Source: Laetmonice hystrix (lineage: Eukaryota). Taken from it: DNA of 64,000 bases. The DNA is taken from positions 7,316,001-7,380,000 of the forward strand of contig OZ249448.1 of assembly GCA_965235115.1 (NCBI GenBank). The letters are read 5' to 3'. A program made the translations under genes and the position numbers. The notes below the pieces were generated by a model. The model worked only from the letters and a program-made list of their open reading frames with translations, did no database searches and was not told the DNA's origin. Shown in pieces: positions 27,396 to 40,200 of the stretch (positions are counted from its first letter, which is position 1; every line of letters starts with the position of its first letter).

Positions 27396-28844
27396 GGTAT
27401 TATGAAACAATATCGCCCTGTATCGAGAGTCAGGAAAGTGGGGAAGGGCTGGTTACCGGCATTATGAAACAATATCGCCCTGTATCGAGAGTAAGGAAAG
27501 TGGGGAAGGGCTGGTTACCGGCATTATGAAACAATATCGCCCTGTATCGAGAGTAAGGAAAGTGGGGAAGGGCTGGTTACCGGCATTATGAAACAATATC
27601 GCCCTGTATCGAGAGTCAGAGAAGTGTGGGAGGGCTGGTTACCGGCATTATGAAACAATATCGCCCTGTATCGAGAGTAAGGAAAGTGGGGAAGGGCTGG
27701 TTACCGGCATTATGAAACAATATCGCCCTGTATCGAGAGTAAGGAAAGTGGGGAAGGGCTGGTTACCGGCATTATGAAACAATATCGCCCTGTATCGAGA
27801 GTAAGGAAAGTGGGGAAGGGCTGGTTACCGGCATTATGAAACAATATCGCCCTGTATCGAGAGTAAGGAAAGTGGGGAAGGGCTGGTTACCGGCATTATG
27901 AAACAATATCGCCCTGTATCGAGAGTCAGAGAAGTGTGGGAGGGCTGGTTACCGGCATTATGAAACAATATCGCCCTGTATCGAGAGTAAGGAAAGTGGG
28001 GAAGGGCTGGTTACCGGCATTATGAAACAATATCGCCCTGTATCGAGAGTCAGAGAAGTGTGGGAGGGCTGGTTACCGGCATTATGAAACAATATCGCCC
28101 TGTATCGAGAGTAAGGAAAGTGGGGAAGGGCTGGTTACCGGCATTATGAAACAATATCGCCCTGTATCGAGAGTAAGGAAAGTGGGGAAGGGCTGGTTAC
28201 CGGCATTATGAAACAATATCGCCCTGTATCGAGAGTCAGAGAAGTGTGGGAGGGCTGGTTACCGGCATTATGAAACAATATCGCCCTGTATCGAGAGTAA
28301 GGAAAGTGGGGAAGGGCTGGTTACCGGCATTATGAAACAATATCGCCCTGTATCGAGAGTCAGAGAAGTGTGGGAGGGCTGGTTACCGGCATTATGAAAC
28401 AATATCGCCCTGTATCGAGAGTAAGGAAAGTGGGGAAGGGCTGGTTACCGGCATTATGAAACAATATCTCTCTGTATCGAGAGTAAGGAAAGTGGGGAAG
28501 GGCTGGTTACCGGCATTATGAAACAATATCACCCTGTATCGAGAGTAAGGAAAGTGTGGGAGGGCTGGTTACCGGCATTATGAAACAATATCTCTCTGTA
28601 TCGAGAGTAAGGAAAGTGGGGAAGGGCTGGTTACCGGCATTATGAAACAATATCACCCTGTATCGAGAGTAAGGAAAGTGGGGAAGGGCTGGTTACCGGC
28701 ATTATGAAACAATATCTCTCTGTATCGAGAGTAAGGAAAGTGGGGAAGGGCTGGTTACCGGCATTATGAAACAATATCACCCTGTATCGAGAGTAAGGAA
28801 AGTGGGGAAGGGCTGGTTACCGGCATTATCAAACAATATCGCCC
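27396..28844. repeat. 62-bp minisatellite, ~23 copies, two interspersed variants
   Basis: Unit GGCATTATGAAACAATATCGCCCTGTATCGAGAGTAAGGAAAGTGGGGAAGGGCTGGTTACC. Variant B carries TCAGAGAAGTGTGGGAGGG. Confidence 0.97.
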
Positions 28845-30420
28845 TTTATTATTCGATTCTACAGAATACTGAAACGTGATCGGTCAGGTCTTTCTCAATA
28901 TAAAGCTGTACTACGGGGTTGATCGAGGGTTGAACGTCCCAGCGCTGATATTTTCTGTATTATATGTTTGACGTCGCCGATGGGGACTGTATTACCTGGT
29001 AGCCTCGTTTTGAGAATCAAATAATAAAATCGTCATCCCATGTCTGATAACGTAATACGTAAATATACCGACCTTCAGGTCCCGGCCTCATGGGATGCGG
29101 GACCTATTTCCGGAGTGGGGGAGGGCTGATTACCAAGGGAACAGGACACAACACACGACACAGGAATACGGAGGGCGCCCATTAAGTAGGAAAGATTCCC
29201 AATGAAGTAACGTAACTTCTTATTTTGATACAACTTTTGTTAATCTCAAAATACTAACTACCTTATTCTGTGCGGACGTGTGAAGTATTGGAAGCAGGAG
29301 CCATGATCTTACAAGACAGAATCTATACATAGATAGCGGCGGTAAACAAAAATTGCGTTTTAATCACTGCAACGATCAGTACCCCTCAGAAATGACCTTG
29401 GTTATTAGCCAAATTAGCACGGCTTTTCCCTCCTGTCTCTACCGTTAACACAACAATGAAATGAATCACAAAGAAATAGATGCAATTATAAAACAGATAC
29501 ATCTGATGAATAATACAATATACGAAGTCGATGATGATGAAATCCTGCAGAGAAGAAATCAAAGTTCTGGCCACTTGATACGGCTATAATTGGCACAAGT
29601 AATGTGTGTTATGGGTGGGATAATAGAGCTATGGACGGCAGGGTTTCCTCCCCTGCGATCACATGCAAGGCTCGCATGTGGACAACCATCAGGATATCGG
29701 CCACACCATAGTCAATACTCTTTACGGCAACTTGTTGCTACGGGAAAAACCTGGGTGACAGCCAATAACAACGACTAAATTAAGAGCCTCGTTCCCGTGA
29801 CTCGCTAATACCATGCCAGGAAATTATTTGCGGTCTATTTCTACACCCTGTCGACATTTTTTGGGCTTCCTAGATATAAAAGTAACCTTTCCCACGTTGA
29901 TATCAACAGCGGAGTGATATTCCTTGATGATATTAACAAATAATCGAAGTGAATGTGTAATGGTTATTTCAGACCCTGTTCATGGCCGACAATTGTACAG
30001 ACGAAGAGAGAATACAAAACGAGTTCTTTCAGAGATTATTTCATCAAATTATTCCGATCTAAATTAACTATGGGGGGCGCAAAACCGTGCAATCGGACTT
30101 TTTAAACCGGAGAGACCCAGAAAAATAAAATAGGAGGGGGAAGGGACGAAATAAGACAAGGAAATTAGAATATAATGCATCTACTATGTACACTGGTAAG
30201 GTGAGGTCTAACTTCAGAATATTAATAGGGACTGAAATATGCAGGACTCCTGGAATTGTCTTGAATCATTAAAGAGTCCCCTCCTCCGACTGTGGATAAA
30301 ATTAAAGAGGAACTACACCCACAACTATTACTGAATTTATGTTTTTGTCCAAATTAGCATTTTCCCCACGGATTCTGAAACGTGGGATGGGAGTTACCTG
30401 GCCCCGTCGAGTGGCTCACC

Positions 30421-30676
30421 TTATAGCGGAAGTCGAGAAATCGGCACCAGAAGTGGTGTAGGATCTTGAGCACCTCGATGTGGAGGTGTATCACCACGTG
30501 CGGGGTAGCCTGGTCCTTCAGTGTCTCCATAGAGACCAGTAGACCGTATCCGACACACGCCCCCAGGGCGCGCGTCACGGGGCTAGGCCAGCGGTCAATG
30601 AATGTCTTCAGGTTGGCCCTCCGCCGCCGTATTACCAGAACCACTTGTACTATTGGTGTCGTCCTACCAACACTCT
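30421..30676 (-). CDS. Candidate internal exon, unidentified (...RRRANLKTFIDRWPSPVTRALGACVGYGLLVSMETLKDQATPHVVIHLHIEVLKILHHFWCRFLDFRYK)
   Basis: GC-richer open frame in non-repetitive DNA ending in phase 0 at AAG|GTGAGC. Globular, helical-looking peptide. The acceptor position is uncertain (gtgtaacag or ttggtag), so the 30676 boundary is approximate. Confidence 0.5.
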
Positions 30677-32014
30677 GTTACACAATTACTACTCTCGTGT
30701 AACAGCCACCATCGCCACTGGCATGCTGAGCAAAAAGGCACATTAAATCAACCAACGATACTGTCATGCTCAGCGGCAATCATCCTTTGTTTGTGACTCT
30801 CCAACAACGCTGACATGTTCTCAATCAGGCAGCGGATTCCTAAGATTTTTCCGTCAGAAGCTCGCAATCTGTGTCAGCCATTATGGCACACCTTGCTGGC
30901 TGAGACGGTATGAATGCGCCATTGTTTATATGGGAATGAATCTCTTCCAGAGTTTTACCATTAACTCCAGAATGTAATCACGTCCATGTAATCACTCCAT
31001 CACCTCATATACCACTCTACCGTTTCATCAGTCAATATTCTGGGTTGTCCGAAGTTTCTCCGAGGGTTTCCGTATATATCGCCACCAATGGCTACTACAA
31101 ATCTTGGCTGCACCAATATGTCCCGATCTTCCTCCGGAGTATATCATTTCCAGTCACGTGTCGTCCATACACCCCTGTATAACACATGACAATCCGGTAA
31201 AGTTGTTTTTTTACTATATTTAACTATATTTCTTTCTCAGAATGGTCCGAACCTCTGCGCTGCACCACACACTTGACGTCCTTGGACAAGTGTTCACCGA
31301 CTGGTGCGACTCCTGTGGTGGATGGTACTTTTATTATATATCACCTATCCCAATGTCTCCCACATTGGTTTCGGATATCATACCTGGACCACCTTCGTCT
31401 ATTGCCTCAGTCCCTGGTGGGCCCAATTACCACCTTTCTACCCAGGCCCATTCTCACACCTATTCAGCACACACAATGTTCCAGGGTCTGAAGGCATCAG
31501 CTGAGCATCCTTTTGTCAGTTATACTTTTTTTAACTAGGCCCTTTATGCCTGGAGAATATACGTTCTGGTGGAGGGGGACTCGTCCTGCAGAGAGTCTGG
31601 AAGGACGTTGTTCGGCATCACGTTTACTTGTCCTTCCTTAATGTAGGTCACACCTCCAGAGACTGTCATGTAACCGCGTCCTTCCGGTTTTCACCTTCCT
31701 GATAGTACGCAGGTCTGAATAATGTAACAACGTGTAGTCACGTATAACCCTGGCTAATAGCCGTCATTGGTCCGGCATTAGACGTTCCCAGGTATATCCT
31801 TTATAAGCCTTTGATTACCAGATGAAACCTGCTCCTGGACACAACAGTAACAGAGCACCAGGCCCTGTTCGCGCGTCCTTCCTAAAAGCCCTCACCATGT
31901 CCCAAACATTTAACGTCAATGTTTCGACCGACCATCACCAAGACGACAACCTGATGGGTGTATACATACTTCACGGCTGAACGCTAACTGAGAGCCACGC
32001 ATGAAGCCTGCTAC

Positions 32015-32116
32015 CTCACACAAATAATCTCTTGTTATCTCCAGCCGTGTTCCCGATAACCTGGATAGGTCATTCACCACGCATTCACCAGCATCTTGTT
32101 CCACTGGTTTCATGTC
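32015..32116 (-). CDS. Candidate 102-nt phase-0 exon (DMKPVEQDAGECVVNDLSRLSGTRLEITRDYLCE)
   Basis: Acceptor cttccag|GAC and donor GAG|GTAGCA (moderate). Frame-preserving length. Confidence 0.3.
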
Positions 32117-32154
32117 CTGGAAGTCTGTATGTTATTCCATCAGGTTGGTGTACT

Positions 32155-32470
32155 TAGTAATGGTAATCCATTCAAATCATTCCATGAGTTTGGTGTACTT
32201 ATTAATGGTAATCCACTTCAAATAATTCCATGGGTTTAGTGTAGCTAGTAATGGTAATCCACTTCAAATAATTCCATGGGTTTAGTGTAGTTAGTAATGG
32301 TAATCCACTTCAAATAATTCCATGGGTTTAGTGTAGTTAGTAATGGTAATCCACTTCAAATAATTCCATGGGTTTAGTGTAGTTATTAATGGTAATCCAC
32401 TTAAATAATTCCATGGGTTTAGTGTAGTTAGTAATGGTAATCCACTTCAAATAATCCCATGGGTTTGGTA
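32155..32470. repeat. 46-bp AT-rich minisatellite, ~7 copies
   Basis: Unit TAGTAATGGTAATCCACTTCAAATAATTCCATGGGTTTAGTGTAGT. Confidence 0.93.
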
Positions 32471-33579
32471 GTTCGGTAGACCATAATTCCACAGCATAGC
32501 TGAACTGGAAATACCGGAGTCTTCGCAAGTATGGTATCCCATGAGTTTGCTGTACCAGTAACCGGAAGTATCGTATTCAAGGATTTACCATTGATAGAAG
32601 TAGGACCTCCGTTTGCGTTTAGATCAATGACCTTCAACAGGAATACTCTCCAACCCCTACTCCATCGCCTCACGGATCACTGCGCATGCCCTCCTGGCCG
32701 GGGATGCCTATTTCCGGGATATCAACAAGGCATTGCACCCACCAAGTGGATATCCTGGATATCCACGCACCAGGTGGATATCCTGGATACGTACCAGGTG
32801 CCTCTAACTGAACCTGCACCTTCATCCACCCCCAAGCCGATTACCCCACATTCTAAGCATCATTCAGGAGAGTGTGTACAAAGGTACATACGTGTAACGT
32901 TAGAGGTGGAGATACTTTTCACAGGTTCTCCTAACTCCTCATCAAATCACAGTGACTGTAGAAACTTCTAACTACTGTCATCTTATTCTACAGCACTACA
33001 GCACGCTGGGAAGTTGTCCCCATAAGGTCGTGGTTGGTGTCCTTTAGCCGCCAGAACCAGCCGCAGGTGGACCAGTAGCAGATCAAAGAGTCAGACCCGC
33101 GGTGAGTAAACCATTAAATCACTTCTCCCATAACGCTGGCCGGGTCTCATGCCGCATGCCGACGCCGCCTCCTCATCTGACGATGAAGAGGAACGATGGT
33201 CACTATCGTCATCTGACCATCTGCCAAATATCGATGTTTGCCATTTTTTCCCGGTATAGACATGTACAACTAAATTCATCCGGTCGGACTTATCGATCCA
33301 CTGTCTGCCATGAAGTGATTGGTTGTGAATGATTGCATGAACACACCTGGACTGTATACTCCGTCTGCCGAGTATCACAGTTTATCGGCCCTCAACAGCA
33401 GCTATCTAAGTGGTGGTTTTTTTTCTTCAAAATGACCCGTTTTACTCCTATCACCTTTTCTCACATCTCCAGGATACTTCAAAGATAAGAGATGATTCCA
33501 TGGTACGGATATCATAATTACCACAAGTCAAAGATCATGCACTAGAAATCCTCAAAACACAGTGTCAGTGACCTTGCAT

Positions 33580-34035
33580 CAAGGCCATACCATCACAGGT
33601 AAACGGATTACGGCTGATATTTCAACTTTTCTAGCCTCCCAAGGTACACTAGATCAGCACCTCTCTCACTGGGTCATATCTATTAGTTATAACCGAGGAG
33701 ATGTAGGAAAATACCCTAGGAGACAGTGACGTTGATATCAGCAATATTTTACATTTTCTCAAACTTTACAAGGAAACTTTCACTGGCATACAGTGACATC
33801 AGCAATATTTGATATTTTCTCGAACTTTACAAGGAAACTTTTGACCAATGGTCCAGTGACTGCTCAATCTACACCTTGATCTATGAGAAGATTGTTGACT
33901 TCTTCACGTCTCCCGGTCAAGTCGAGGACCAGGTCTGACCAGCAGCCAGCTCTCACAATATCATGTCTGTCCACTAACCAGCCTGACTCTGGCACGTTAA
34001 TGTCTATATCCGGTTCCTACTAGTGTTTCCCGTGT
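33580..34035 (+). pseudogene. Possible highly decayed DIRS-type reverse transcriptase relic
   Basis: Stop- and frameshift-ridden peptides in RT order: IPSQVNGLRLIFQLF*PPK (cf. VPKK..GKFRLI..LS.P), VDISNILHFL (cf. .DI..AFR.L), CSIYTLIYEKIVDF (cf. GCSISC..FEKFSTF) and VYIRFLLVFP (cf. HYLDDFL..GP). The catalytic DD is absent. Alignment is from memory only. Confidence 0.3.
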
Positions 34036-35569
34036 TTGTTGACAGATCACAACATAGGCCAGGAACGCCAAGGGCTGAGACTGCCCTCTCGTTCTACTCC
34101 TCCCACAGATATTGTTCTATTTCCACCGTGAATAACCACATATCAGTACCGTATATCTCATCTACACAAAGAACGTCTGCTGAATTCAAAACACGGGTTA
34201 GAAGACCTCACACGGCCATTGTGAAGGCGGGAATTCTTTCACAGTCACCGTTAAATATCCACTAGCTTGAAATAATAACCGTGCCACGACTATTGCTATT
34301 AGCAAACACTTGCGCTTGATGATGCTGGAGGAGTGTTTGCTGACCCGTTATACAAGTGTCCAATTTGTTGGTGTAACAGTGGCTGGCGGTAAGGAGAGCC
34401 CTGACTCACACCGTTCAGTTACACTGGCTGGACGCCGGACGGACCAACTTGCCCATCCCCCCGTGCACCACACGTCAGGCAGTCATGACCAACCACAAAC
34501 ACCCAACATGTTACCGTCGATTACAAACATGTTTACTGCAATCCTACCGGCACGCTACCGTGCAGGCTCGGGGCTCGGGGCGGACCCACTGGATTGGCCT
34601 CCCATTAAGATGTCACGTTGAGCTCCACAGTTTGGCTCAATCCTCCAAACCTGTTCTTCTATGATAAGCATGAGCAAGTAAATCCCCTAGGTAGGCACAG
34701 ACAAAATGGAATCTGGAGTGCTTCAAATTCTCCCAGTAAAATAACATCCATTCTGGTAGAATGCTGAATATGGGCACGGCAGGCCTCATTGTCATGGGAA
34801 CTCCGAGAAGATCCACATCGCTAAATCCTTGAAATGCTTAATTCACTCAATCAACATTTCCTGATCACGGTTCGTCTGGCCCCAAACGTTCTCCTGCTGT
34901 ATTAAACTGCCTAGAACTACATTCTGACATCGCTACATTTAACAATCCCCATGTCCTTGGTCATAATGGGACACTAGTCCATATTCGTATGCTAACTGGC
35001 TTATTTGGCGCCTTTTAAGCGTCACCTCATTGGAAAAAGAGACCCTTTCTTCCTATCTTTACATTTTGTCCCACCTCAACAGGAGCCTATCTTAATTGCC
35101 GTAATTTTGGCAATAATTCAACATCACTTCATAAATGTTTCCAGGAATGGTTCTCCGGTAATCGTCTGAAATCCCTTGTTAATTCAGGAATGTATCCAGG
35201 AATGGTTCTCCGGTAATCGTCTGAATTCCCTTGTTAATTCCTTTCACCACAAGAACAGGTTCATTTTACAAGGACATTTTATTTGACAGAATCACGATGT
35301 AGAGCCCCCACTTTTTTTAACCATTTTGAATAACTCGAGTTAGCAACAACAATGAACATTCGGTAGACAATCATTGGATTGTCTGTGGTGTTCTCATAGT
35401 CTAGATATGTGTCAAATGACAATCTAGGCTCTCGTGTCAATGAGTCTTTCCACCCGTTATCTACCGCTTGGCGAAGTGCCCGGTTGAAATGGGCGTTTTG
35501 GACTTCTATGAAAGGGATTCACAACAACTGAATCGTTTACCCACCCCTCCGATACAAAAACGGGATTCG

Positions 35570-36388
35570 CCAACCCGTTGCAATCACCACACCGTTGTTC
35601 TATAGAATATACGTGTTCTCACACAGGGCAATGTCTGCCTACCTGTTCGGAATTGTTACCGCTACAAGTGTCTGACAACCCGTTACAATAACCACACCGT
35701 TGTTTTCTAGAATATACCTGTTCTCATACAGGACAATGTCTGTGCTTGTTCGGAATTGTTACCGCTACAAGTGTCTGACAACCCGTTACAATAACCACGC
35801 CGCTGTTCCCTAGAATTCTGCCTGCCTGTTCGGAATTGTTACCGCTACAGGTTTCTGACAACCCGTTACAATAACCACACCGTTGTTTTCTAGAATATAC
35901 TTGTTCTCATACAGCAATGTCTGCCTGCCTGTTCGGAATTGTTCCCGCTACAAGTGTTTGACAACCCGTTACAATAACCACACCGTTGTTCTCTAGAATA
36001 TACCTGTTCTCATACAGCAATGTCTGCCTGCCTGTTCGTAATTGTTCCCGCTACAAGTGTTTGACAACCCGTTACAATAACCACACCGTTGTTCTCTAGA
36101 ATCCTGCCTGCCTGTTTGGAATTGTTTCCGCTACAAGTGTCTGACGACCCGTTACAATAACCACGCCGTTGTTCTCTAGAATCCTGCCTGCCTGTTTGGA
36201 ATTGTTCCCGCTACAAGTGTTTGACAACCCGTTACAATCACCACACCGTTGTTCTCTGGAATCCTGCCTGCCTGTTCGGAATTCTTACCGCTACAAGTGT
36301 CTGACGACCCGTTACAATCACCACACCGTTGTTCTCTAGAATCCTGCCAGCCTGTTCGGAATTCTTACCGCTACAAGTGTCTGACGAC
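35570..36388. repeat. Tandem repeat with ~105-110-bp long and ~83-bp short units, ~8-9 copies
   Basis: ACAACCCGTTACAATAACCACACCGTTGTT...GTTCGGAATTGTTACCGCTACAAGTGTCTG recurs. Short units lack the ATACCTGTTCTCATACAGCAATG segment. Confidence 0.92.
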
Positions 36389-37107
36389 GAATAACGATTT
36401 GTTCATCGGGAACATGTTATCCCTGTAATTAACAACACCTGAGTTCTTTCATCTCCTTAATCTCCCATCGTTGAGGTGTCAAGTCTCTCATTTACAAACC
36501 TTTACCATCCAAACATTCAGCCCTAATGTCACCCAGGTAACGACAAACAATACCTTTTGTTATACCACCAGGATCTATACAAAGATCCACTCTCCATCCC
36601 CTACCCCCGCCCAATGACTTTACAAAGATTACCTCCACGTGACGCTACACCTAATACAGGTAGTGTATAGGATAGCGGGCCTCGCACCCAGGCTCCGCAC
36701 AGTCCCAATTACTGTGTCCACCAATGGTTGTCGTGTATCTCCTTTCTCTATCGTCTCCCTGCCTCTATCGTCCTCACTGTCTCCTCGCTCCTCCTGTCTC
36801 CACACTCAACTTATCATGCCAGTCTCACTGGTTTTTTTTTGTTTTTCGTTTAGGTTAACCGACATACAGTTTACACACCCAAGTTATCGTAATGATGACA
36901 AAACGTCATTTAGCATTCAGTCCTTAAAATGTTGATTAGTTTATTAATTTTGGTTTTATTTAAACAAAAGCTAAATTCTAGTAACTCAAAGTACATAAGC
37001 TGCTGTTCTAAGAACCTCAACAGTATAATTCGGCCTGGATCATTTTCATCGAAAGTGATGTTCACAGCCGGAGTGGCGGGGACTGGTTAAATTGAAGGTC
37101 CAGTCCC

Positions 37108-37289
37108 GATATCACAGGACCTGCCTAGGATATCACAGGACCTGCCTAGGATATCACAGGACCTGCCTAGGATATCACAGGACCTGCCTAGGATATCACA
37201 GAACCTGCCTAGGATATCACAGGACCTGCTTAGGATATCACAGGACCTGCTTAGGATATCACAGGACCTGTCTGTATATCCCAGGACCT
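37108..37289. repeat. 21-bp minisatellite GATATCACAGGACCTGCCTAG, ~8 copies
   Basis: Direct reading. Gives the 7-aa periodic ORFs on both strands. Confidence 0.95.
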
Positions 37290-40200
37290 CGTTAGCCTGT
37301 GAGCGAGGCGACGTTTGGTCTATCCTGGCCTTCACTTTGATGTCACAATATCCCCTATCTCAACACCTGTCTGCAGTGTTAGGTCGTCTGTTAGCCACAG
37401 GTATTCGCCACCTGAAGGCTAGGACCAAGAGACTTGTGGTTATTAGACGTGTGCGCCTAGTCAGCCTATATCATAGACGTCATATACACCAGGTACTCCG
37501 TCCAGGCCGGTCTGTCCTCACACACACATAGAAATCAGGCGGACACCTCGATTGAGTACACTCCACGAGACGAACTAGGGCTATCAGAACAGTTCTATTG
37601 TGCTCTACTGATGTAGCAATCTAGGCTGATGTTCATTCCCATCACAGCCACCCGACTGGGGTAAAAGGCCATAGTGCTATGTTACTAGTTGCCACAAAGA
37701 CATCTGATTGGCTGCACTGTGAGGACAGTCTCGAAGGCTTCCATGAATTGGTCTGTCGCCTGAGAGATTCAAAACTATATTCTTAGCTATTCTATATCCA
37801 GAGTCGAATTTTATCTACTGATGTACCTGCAAAAGACGGCAGACGACCGCCTCAAATACACCTAAATATCTCCTTTATACAAAAAGCGCAGTTTGAACAC
37901 TGTGTGAGAAACTGTTCTTAATACGCTCGACACAGACAGTGACAGTACTCTTTGCGCTACAAATCTTGGGAATGACTTCGGTTCTCGTCTTATGATGTTA
38001 AATCTACCTGTTGTGCGGGTCATCCAGCTTGTCATCGGCACGAGTGTGATTGATTGGTTAACGTGAGTGGGGACGGTCCCCACTCTACAACCCAGTCCAC
38101 TCTACGTGTAGACAGAGAGATCGATGATCAGATCGCCATCCATCATTATACTACAGCCATGACAACATCATAGCACCATAACAACACCATACTCCCGTCA
38201 CAACATCGTACCGCCATCCACGGCAGGTTTTCATGTGACGTCACGTATTCAGGTGGAGGGAATCGTCTTCAGGTAACACCTTGGCAGCGTTAGAAGGGCT
38301 CTAAAATACACGCTTGATATCCTCCAGTCTACGATCAAAGTGGATCAAAGTGGATCAAAGTGAACCACTCAGTGAAGCAAAGTCCGTCCACATCAACCTA
38401 AAAATCTCATGGGTGAATTGGCTGACTTTGTACCAGCAGACTGTCTGTACCTAGTCCCAGACACGGGTTCGTATATTGGTCCCCACCCCCTCTACTGGTC
38501 AACGTTTTACGGTCTCTGTTCTATATTTAATCCAGGATCAGCCCCATCCACGTTCAGGTTGTCCTCATTAGTGGATTAGCTCTGTGGAGTCTATTGGTAA
38601 CACGGTCCCCCGTATACTGTCCCATGAGGACCTAACCAGCCGACCTATCACATTTAGTGGTAACCAATCTGTCTAACTCGACCATCCGCCACCTGTGTCT
38701 TCGGACCCTTCCCACAAATAAAAGTAATTATCTCTCACGGAATAAGAAATATAACCGATCTAATTTCAACACAATGTCTGCACTAATGTGTGGATCATAA
38801 TGTCATCTTGCTAACAACTCGCCCAAACACACCGATGTCCAGCAATATTTCTGTAATATTCCAATCCGAGCCACTTGACTCGAGATTTATAACCTTTCCC
38901 ACTCCTCGGCACTCCGATCTTATTGACCGTATCTGTCTACAAACATCTCCTACCATCCTCAACATGCCAGGGTTACTGAGAACGATGTCATGTGATCAGT
39001 CTGGCCTCAAGGCGACAAGTAACAAAGGTACGAATACCAGCTTTCATGATATCCTGTTAATCGACCTATTCATGTCGAGTTACGAGTAAGAAGTTCCATG
39101 TTCTAATCTGGGAGAATCGACGGCTTGATATAAAAACAGCTGTGAAGGAAGAGTCTCAAATCATCGGAAAGCGCCGCCTGGCGGAGAAAAGAACGTTGTT
39201 GTGAGGCCTATTTCTGGGACAGCCTCACAGCGAGTAACAAGACCAAATGGCATTTCGGCGCTGCTCCTCACCAGACTGTGTTTAAAACTTTTTCCTTGTC
39301 TCATTAAAGGTTCCCTCCGCCCTGACGACGGTAATCACATCGTTCCTTGAGCACGACGTCAGGACGTATGTGCGGACGGGCATGAAACGTCGCCCCCGGG
39401 TTTATAATGTCCTCACAAGTTTACGATTCAATCAGCTACGTCCGTCCCACCATCAGCTGATTGACACAGCTCCACCGTCACCGCTACTACAACAATCATA
39501 CCACCAAAAATCAATCCGTCTAAAAACCTATCAGACCATTCAATTGATCTCACAAACCATCTCCGCCTGGAAATATGGACTTTCGGACCCAATGCTAGGC
39601 TATAAATAAAGTGTTCCTTAGTTATTGTCAATGGAGTTTGTATGATGAAGTGTTTTCCAGCCAATAGTTCCACCAAAGTCAATATGTAGTGTTGATGGTT
39701 GTCCTGGTGTTATACAGTTAGCTGTGGTTGTTGGATGTGAGTGGACCATCGAGTTGCCACGGCCCGTTATTCCTGTATGATGGTACCATGCTGACATGCA
39801 TGTGAACGAGAGAAATATAACCTGGCATTAGTTCCTACTGGCTGGAAATCCGTCGTCGTGCGGTGGAGGCACGCCTGTCATATATTGTTTGCTCCCGTTA
39901 TTGCTTACAACTGATTATCCAAATGACAAGTGATATGGCGGGCAGGCAACCCCTCTTCTCTCCGCGCTCTCCGAGTTTCACAGACTTCCGTCTCAGTATT
40001 CACACTTCTCACTACAGATGCAGAAACCCGATAATTATTTCAGATGGTGTGAGGGAGACTAAATGTCGATGTCAAGTCTGAATGTGGCCACTCTCAATGT
40101 ACGGAAGAAACTCGCGTATCATTTGTTTGAAGGTTTAAAATCAAGGTCACGTTTTTAGTCACGATCATTTCCCGATCGAAGGTACCAATGGTCCCTTTCC

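Noticed and set aside
30900-31150. Penelope-like RT fragments on the minus strand (YMDVITFW, EIHSHINN)
   Set aside because: The motifs are short, lie in different frames with many stops, and lack the YxDD pair. Indistinguishable from chance without a search.
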